A DNA stretch of 64,000 nucleotides from assembly GCF_009914755.1 (NCBI RefSeq), contig NC_060926.1; one strand, written 5' to 3'. Shown one piece after another: positions 55,931 to 64,000 of this stretch. The position numbers and the translations under genes are program-made. Under the pieces are notes generated by a model. It was not told where the DNA came from. It saw nothing but the letters and a program-made list of their open reading frames with translations, and did not search any database. This stretch comes from the human T2T-CHM13v2.0 reference genome, Homo sapiens. Position 1 is the stretch's first letter. Each line of letters begins with the position of its first letter.

Positions 55931-58900
55931 ATTTTTTTTGCTGCCTGACTAAATTGGCAAAATGATAGTAATAAGGTGGCAGCAAGGTAAAAACTTCTTT
56001 TTAATGATGTACCTAAATAACTGCACAAACTAACAATGACGAAACAGATAAGTTACAGGGCTGGTGCAAATGGACATTACCCATTTGGTATTGGAAAAAT
56101 TATAGAGATGTTTTTCACAAACAGAAGATAATCTCTTTGTTTTTTCTGGGGCAGAAAGAATAACTGAGGAAATAAAAAATAAAGAATTATAACAGAAAGT
56201 CCATTTAGATAGTAGGAAGAATCAAGTTTGATCTAGATCTCAAGGGAGTCTGTGTATTCTAAAATGCATGAGTCATTTTCATTTTTTAATTTTAGCATTA
56301 ATTTTGTGTTTTCATCAGTTACTTCATTTTCCTTTGAAGGTGTGATATTCTGTCAAGTTCTATAACACGGATGCTGGTTTTCTACTGCAATTTGCTTTTA
56401 AAATGTCCAGTGGAAAAAAATGCTAAAGAACGTTATAATGAGTGCTTTGTCTTAGTGATGTTTAAAAGAACCTTGCCTCTCAAAGAAACTGCTTAAAACA
56501 AGCCTGTGGAGCAAATGGTCATGCAACTTTAAAATGCTGCCAGTAAAATAGCTAAGTAATCTCAAGAAACCCATCTGAATGCTAACCACCTAGACCAGAA
56601 AACTCAATCCAAACTCCAATAATCAACTGCTTCGTGAAAGAGCCAGCTGCTGAAAAGATGTTCTTCCTACTGCTGCTAAGAAAGAAAAAATAACTGTGCA
56701 TACTCTATGTACACCATATTCAACACGTGCTTTTACAGCCAGAAGAGAACTGAAGAAATCAGTGGAGTGTGATAAATATCAGTGTGTCCAAAGAAATCAG
56801 TTTGTGAAAATTTCATTATTTTTTTAATTTTCCCCTCTCAACGGCTGCTTAGATTGTTTTACAGTCACTCTGATTTAGCAAGAGAATATTGACTGGAAGG
56901 GAAAATATTTTTTAATGCTGTGAATAAGCAAATTGTCAATTTTGCTTCTAACACTAAATGTCTTAGAGTTTAATATTAAATATAGTTAAGAAATTTTAGA
57001 AAAATAAACCTGAGACTAAAATGATAAAGAAAAGAAACAAATATATTATTGATACCATTTTGTATGTTTATTATTGATCACCCAAATCATTCACCCCATA
57101 CCTGTGCCTTTCTGTCATCTGGAACAATGTTACCCTTAATGATGTTATTTTAACAGACAGAATGATGACAGTTTAATCTTGATATGGGAGTAGGCCTATC
57201 CAGTTAACTCTGGTTTCTCAACTCACTCACCTCTAACTCTTACAGAAGATATTTAAGCATAATCCTAATCTTTTACCACTATTCCACTCACTTATCCTCA
57301 CTACTTTGTCACTCTTGAGCTCTTTCCTGTCTCCACTATCCATGCTCAAGTAGGTCTTGGCTACCTTTCTGCTCCAAGAAGAGATGATCATTGTCAGGAA
57401 AAGTCACTGTAGCCTCCTTACATACAAGCCTCCTTACATACATTTCAAGTTAGTGACCTGGGTCCTCTGATGTTCTGCCCTAATTTTAGCTATCAAACAT
57501 CTTCCCTAAGAAAAACTTTCTATGTGAATAAAATTCATCCTTTTGAATTAATTAAGTTCATAGGTGTCATTGTTACTTAACTCAAGATTATGAAAACCTC
57601 AGCACCAAAGCATACATTCTCACCAAATTTCAACTCTCAGCTCTATTGCATGCAACACACTCAAACATCCCAATATTTGTAGGTAAGGAGACATCCATAT
57701 CATATTTCATATCCTAATATTGGAGATTTGTGTTAGTTATGTGTGAGTACCTATATATAATTCCAAAACTTGGCATTATTTTCCTACATACACCAAGAAT
57801 TTAATTTGTTTATTTTTTTGCAATTTATAAATGATTGACCCAATATATAAATATATAGTCTACATGCATGTTTTGTGTCTTAATAAATCTGTTAGTCCTC
57901 AATTACAATTGGCAGTCCAGTTCATTCAATAAACTATTAAAACTTCCTTAATGTTCACAAAAGCCCTAATGAAATAGTCTCAATTGGAAAATGTGGACAC
58001 TGCGCCTTAAACTTTTACAGAACCTGTGCATAGCCATACTGTTGAATCACAGAAGAGGCATGTCTAAAACAAGCAGAACTTTCTCAGAATCCATGCTATT
58101 TCCATCTATATAAAGCTGGAAATAACACTAAGATTATGGGTAGTAAATTTAGTAAATACCTTAGGTGTTAATCAATACTAATAAGCAATAGGAAAGAAAT
58201 ATTTTCTTTTCAAATCTTAAAGTATAAACTGTCAACTCAATGTAATCGTTCCCAAGGACTAGGAAATGTAATGGCAAAGTAAAATCACTGGACACTTGTT
58301 GAGTGTCCACATATGTGTGGTCAGGTAAGTTTTACACATAGTAGTAAATGGTCACCTATATGTTATGATAAAGTGATTCTGATGTAATGTTTTGACCACC
58401 AAATCTTTCCAAAAATAATAAAACAAGTTGCTTAAACTGGTATATATCTTTGAATAGTCCACCTTATCAATATGAGAACATGGTTTTGGTATAAAGGGTA
58501 CCTGAGTTACACACACACACACATACACACACACACACACACTTTAAGACTTGGTGGCAGCCTTCATTAAATGCTATATAACACAAATTATTAGATTTGA
58601 GAAAATGACAAAACAATATAGGGCTCCGGGATTTTGATATTATTTATTTATGAAACTGTTATGAGTTTTTTTAAAAAAAATCTTTTCAACTTTTAGCTCA
58701 GAAAAAAATGAGTTAAATCTTGAGTTTTACAAAGATACAACCTGAAGTTTTCCTAGAAGGAAACAAAAGATGTATTCACCCAGAAGGAAATGAATCATGC
58801 TTAGGAACTGGGGTCTGTATTTGAAAACAAAAGACAAAGAACCATCACTACAACTTGACACATTTCGACAAAGTTGTAAAGATTATGAAGTGAAAGTACA

Positions 58901-59904
58901 AAGGAGGAGGCTTTTCATTAAATTAGTGGTTAGCTAGGACTCTATGAAAAGCGTCATGGCTTGTAAAAGATTATCCATTATCAAACCTCATTTTAACATC
59001 TTTTTTTACAGATAGTGGAAAACTTTGATGACACATGAAGCCTATTGCCACTTAGGATTTCTAGGAGGTGGTTTTTTAATAGTAAAAGTTATAACAATCA
59101 AGTACATACCTTCTTTTTCTCTGGGATACAACTGTATCAGGTCCCAGCTTTCAAGCGGCTAGTGACCTGGCAGCCCTTACCTGGCCTATTGCAAGAATCA
59201 GTTTGGGAGAACAAGAGGCAGTAAGGAAAGGAAATGGCATATATGAAAGAACAGAAGGATATAACCTGAGGCTGCATTGTCCATGATTTTAAATTCTAGT
59301 TTGAGGAGTCTGTGTCTTACAATACATGAAAGATTTCAAGAAATTGTCAGATGAAAGTAGTTTTTGGTAAATTGACTTAGCTTACTTCTTAGCTAGAACA
59401 AATCTTAAATGCAAAATAACATTTATACTTACAAATAAATAGCTGCATTAGAGGATTTTTACTGACTGATATATCACTAAGATTTTAATAAGATGACTGA
59501 TAATTAAAATATAAAATTGGAACATAAAATTAAATTGAGCAAACTCACAAATTTGGAGAAGCATTGGCTAATTTGTTATTTTCACTATCTTTGCTAAAAT
59601 GCATATAAATATATTTTGGAGGGAAATGAGTATAAGTTGAAATTTTATATAATGTCATTAATTATCAGATACACAACAAATTTATCTTGCTTAAAGGGGG
59701 CATGTTGGCTAAAATGATTCAGAAGAAAATAATCAGATTTCTCCCATTTACCTAAGTCAATAGAAAATATAGATGGGTGGTAATTTTTTAATAATAAGGA
59801 CATAATATAAAATCCCCCTAAATTTTTAATCTTTTCTTTATGCAAGCCTTTTGTCATCAATATAGGATCATGTTGAATATTTTCCCATTCTGGAAATAAA
59901 ACAA

Positions 59905-60100
59905 TAATAACTAACATTTATTAAGCACTTTACATATAATAATTCCTTTCATCTCACATTGATTTTATGAAGTAATTTACATTTATCTTCATTTCATGAT
60001 GAGGAATCTGAGACACCATGAGATTAAGTAACTTGCCTAAGGTCACACAATTAGTTGGTAGTTTCTTGGATAGTTAGCCATGCACTTTTAACCAATGCAC
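59905..60100 (-). mobile_element. MIR SINE
   Basis: AATAACTAACATTTATTAAGCACTT...ATGAGGAATCTGAGACAC...GAGATTAAGTAACTTGCCTAAGGTCACACAA. Similar MIR cores lie near 600-830, 1990-2220, 2670-2850, 11600-11770, 24980-25180, 28850-29080, 34580-34760, 61010-61210 and 63300-63430. Confidence 0.75.
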
Positions 60101-60530
60101 GAGTTAGCTTAGCTATCTTCACTTTCCTCAAGCCAGCATTCTTATACTCTTGTACTTTCTCTTCATAGCAAACTTGCACGCAGATAATTGTTTTGCCGCC
60201 TCTGATTCCCTTCCCAGTGCCTGCCTTCCACCCATCAAAGTGGCACTGCAGCCACTCTTGCTTCTGCCATCCTGACTTCTGCACAGCTATATCTAAGGAT
60301 ACTCCTTGGTTTTTATGTTTTTCAAAGCTCTGCAGCATCTTTCACTTCTGGACACTCTTCAGAGTGTTTTCTTTTCTTGTTTTCTCTGGCATCATCTTAT
60401 TTTTGTTCAAGCAATAAAGTTGGTTTTTCTTCCTCAATTTCCCTTTCTTCCCTCCCTCTGCTAAGGACATTTAAAATGCATGAACCGACCCTTATTTGTA
60501 CCAAATTTGCTAACCACTAATTTAATCAAC

Positions 60531-60636
60531 AGGACACTTAACAGAGGGAGGGAAGGAAGTGGCCAAAATCAGATTTACTAAGAAACGATCTGGTCAAATT
60601 ATGTCTAAGGACACTTAGCAGAGGGAGGGAAGGAAG
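60531..60636 (+). repeat. 29-bp direct repeat enclosing a 48-nt insert
   Basis: AGGACACTTA(A/G)CAGAGGGAGGGAAGGAAG at 60531-60559 and 60608-60636 (28/29 identical). Confidence 0.9.
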
Positions 60637-60669
60637 GGAAGTTGAGAAAAAACTGAGAGAGTAGAGTAT

Positions 60670-60990
60670 AACCTTCTTCTCCTAACCACTTCCCATGTGG
60701 ATGTTGACTTTGACAATATGAGTTACTTTGGCCAATGGAAAGTCAGCATCTTGAAACAAGTGGCAGCCTTAAATGCAGCAGCTTGGCTTGGCATCTCAGG
60801 CTTCTGTGACCCACCATAGTAAGAACATACATATTCCAAGTAGTAGGTGGCTGAGGACAGTGAGGAAACACATGGAGCAGACTTGAGTCTAACCTGCAGC
60901 CTGGAGCCAGGCCCAGATGATCTTAGCTGAGTTCAGCAGAGGAATAGCAGACTTGCAGACCCATGAATGATAAATCAAACAAATACTATT
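60670..60990 (+). mobile_element. Old MaLR (MLT1H/I-like) LTR remnant
   Basis: TTACTTTGGCCAATGGAA and CATGGAGCAGACTTGA..CTAACCTGCAGCCTGGAGCCA. Confidence 0.55.
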
Positions 60991-61239
60991 ATAAATCAAT
61001 GGAAAGGTACAGATTCAACTCCACTACTTATCATGAAACTTTAATATAGGCAAGTTATTTATCCTCTGTAAGTCTTAGTGTTTTCATCCGTAAAGTTGGA
61101 AAATGAATAGTTTGCTTTACTTTTACTTGATTTGTAGAGAAAATTAAATGAAGTAATATATGTGAAGTGCTTAGCACAATGGCATAGTATGAGCCCAATT
61201 AATGCTAATTTAAGCAAAGAATGTTTTCCTTATTTCCAG

Positions 61240-62680
61240 ACTCAAATATGACGCTAGAAAGCTGCTCTGGGAGGGCACTTCGAGAGCTCAAAATCAACAG
61301 GTGTCATAATGAACTCATTACATTTCCTCCTCCTCTGATATCTAACATTGTAAATGACAGCCTTTTTTACACAGCTCACAAACGAGCAACTTAGGGGTCC
61401 TCCCTACCTTTCTCCTTACCACTTTTCTCTGATTTTCAATCAAGTTTTTTTTTATTTTATCTCCTGTATATGTTATCTGTTCATCACCTTTCCTTCATCA
61501 TTACAGCCACCATCTAAATCACTTATTTTACTGCATCAATACCTATTTTAGTTAAGGTAAGGCTAAACACTGTAAGAGGTAAAATCCTCAATCCAGTCAT
61601 TACATAATCAGTTTGCTTCTCACTCATAAGAAATCTTAGTTGTGAGTTCCTGATTAGTGAGTGATTTCGGACCTAAGCTCTTTCCATCACATGATGTCAC
61701 TATTTTCAATACATGGCTTCTTCCATAGTCGCTGTATTCACATTAAGCCGGTGGAGAGGGAAAGAACATGGATGGTTGTATGTGGAAGGCTTTATGGTTA
61801 AGAGTTGGAAGTGGTGCTCATAGCTTCCACTCATATTACATTGAGGATAAATCTATCATATGATCACATCTAACTTTAAGGGAGGCTGGAAAAGGCAATC
61901 TGACTGTATGCCAAAGAAAAAGAGGTAATAGGTATGATGAACAACTAGCCATACATTAACCCAGTTCCCTCAGTGGCCTCCATGCTTCCAGCCTAGTCCT
62001 TTTGCAATTCAGTTCCTACAAGAAGCCAGAGTTTTGTTTGTTTGTTAAACATAAATTGGATCATCTCACTCTTATGTTTAAAATTTCCAATGTCTTTCAG
62101 TAGGGCATTGACTAAAACCCAAACTCCTTACCTTGACTTCGTAATCTTGCCCCTGCTTTACCTTGCTGAACTTGTCTCATTCCAATCTCTTCATCATGCA
62201 CTATGGTTTACTCACATTGATTTTCTTTCTGTTCCTTGACCTTCTGAAACAAACTCTTCCCCTATGATCTTTATACCAGCTCTTCTTTCCTTCTAGAACA
62301 CTCTTCCATAATCTTCACATAGCTGGTATCTTCCTCCCACTAAGACTTCATTTTAAATGACACCTCTTCAGAAAAGCCCTCCCTGACAACCCAGTCGAAA
62401 ATAATCACCCAGTCACTTTCTACCACATCGATGTATTTTAACATTCTACATAAAACTTATGAGAATTTGGTAGGTTTCTTTCTGTCAGGCTATTTATTTT
62501 TTATTTGTCTGTCTATCATCTATCTATCACGTCTATTTACCTATCTATTTATGACTCCACATGCAGACAGAGATCCTTGAGTGTTTTATTCCCCACTGAA
62601 CTCTATTACCTAGAATACTAGCCCTGTTTGGCACAGGGCTACTTGAGTAAAGTTTGACTCACTAATAAAGTTTGCTGAAC
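61240..62680 (+). mobile_element. Degraded L2 LINE split by an antisense MLT1-type LTR (~61545-61955)
   Basis: L2 motifs GGATCATCTCACTCTTATGTTTAAAA and AAATGACACCTCTTCAGAAAAGCCCTCCCTGAC lie on both sides of an MLT1-like block (TGATCACATCTAACTTTAAGGGAGGCTGGAAAAGGCAATCT). Confidence 0.65.
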
Positions 62681-64000
62681 TTTCTGTGCACTAAGGTGGG
62701 AACACTTTCATCCCACCAACCAACTCTACTGAGCTGAAAAAGACAAGACAAGTTTGTTTCTTACTTAGCATTACAAAAGATACCTGTGGTTGAAAGTCAG
62801 GTTTACTAAGAAACAAACTGGTCAAATTATGCCTAAAGAACTGCTTAGCTGACCAATTTACTTGTAAGCTTTTCTCTTTCCACTGAGCCTAAGACTCTGA
62901 ATGTAATGTCTGATGGTAGACAATACATTTTTTCTCACTTAGGCAGGAACCTGTGTTTTTTGTTTGAAGGAAATTTTATATTTATGTGTAGTAAACCACT
63001 TAATTTTTCAGCCTGGAACAAATATCCTCTTTAATTTAATGAATTGAATTGTTCTTCTTGTTTACATTGATAAATCTCAGTTCAAAGAGAGAACAAGTGT
63101 ATTACATGGCATTTAAAATTAAAAATTAAAAAGAGTTTTACAAGGAAAGCCAAATTATTGGTACTTAAAACAATGAAAGACATTTATTAACATTTGATAA
63201 GTGTTTCAGTACAATTTTAGTTTGCAAATGTGGAATGAAGACTTCTATTTTATTTCCTTCCAATAGAATGTTTGTAGTAATAAAATCATAGCAGTTAATA
63301 GTTGCTGAGAACTTTTGATATGCCAGTCACTATCCATGCTTACTTTACAAGAACTGTGTGAACTTAGGCAAGTGAGGCCTAAAGAGGTCAAATTACTTTC
63401 CCCAAATCAGAAAGCTATCAAAGGTAATCGCCGTACACAGTGCAAATGCAATTTACAAATCACAGTGTAATCTCTATGTCCTGGACTACAAGAAACTGCA
63501 GTCAACAGGTTCGTCTATCAACAGGCATTCTGTCTTAAGTTTGAATATCATCATTTTCATAAGGCATACTTTTAAGTTCAGTCTGTAATAATCATCCAGT
63601 TCTCCTGGATGATGTAAGGCATAGCAGATTCTGGCAAATCTACCCAGAATTACCTTCATGGCCAGCAATTCAATACTTGCAATAAGAACTACCAATAACA
63701 TTAGTTTCTGCCTGTGGAAGACACCACAGAAAACGCCAAGTACAACTAGCTTGGGGGAAACTTGAACTCTTAAACAGATCACCAATGTAGCATCCATGTC
63801 AGACGTGTTATCCAAAAGGAGCTGCCAAACCTGCTTGTGGAATTTCTGTGGATGACTATGCTTGCTTCCCTCTCTGACTTTGCCACTTCATCAATCCCTC
63901 AGCCCATTCCCGCTTGAGTACAATCGAATATTAGAAATGATGCACATTAGAAGTTAAGAAATCAACATGTTTCAGAACTTCAGATTTTGAAAGACTTTTA

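Noticed and set aside
57411-57442. Perfect 16-bp tandem duplication AGCCTCCTTACATACA (similar small duplications near 25325, 33856, 42780, 53398)
   Set aside because: Ordinary slippage or repair duplications with no higher-order pattern.
60531-60636. Repeat-spacer-repeat resembling a CRISPR unit
   Set aside because: Only two repeats, purine-rich and non-palindromic, in primate DNA with no cas genes; better explained as a templated insertion.
39494-64000. Search for PDE1A upstream first exons (MDDHVT.../MGSSAT... N-termini) or another gene
   Set aside because: None found by eye; this part is all intron and the upstream first exons must lie beyond the window.

Overview
AT-rich primate DNA, very likely human: it carries AluJ/S/Y, L1PA, MER11 and MIR/L2 elements. 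The whole window lies inside PDE1A (Ca2+/calmodulin-dependent cyclic nucleotide phosphodiesterase 1A), transcribed on the minus strand. I read five internal coding exons with GT-AG boundaries whose phases join into one continuous frame (39380-39493, 15197-15379, 9509-9575, 6099-6215, 5090-5230). They run from the calmodulin-binding/inhibitory N-terminus into the catalytic domain (YHNxxHAADV). A sixth exon is an alternative first coding exon (ATG at 17001, MGKKINKLFC...) hidden in the 24-kb intron. It is absent from the ORF track and is preceded by a CRE-like site and three upstream ATGs. The rest is intron rich in repeats, including a twin-primed L1, a full solo MER11 LTR, ten Alus in both orientations, and old LTR, DNA, L2 and MIR remnants. 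I found no evidence of a wholly new biological system. The best second-look items are the internal promoter/first-exon module, an antisense AluY with a rewired 3' splice site, and an apparent template-switch insertion at ~60.5 kb copied from ~62.8 kb. Repeat subfamily calls are by eye from remembered consensus sequences, and boundaries of old repeats are approximate.
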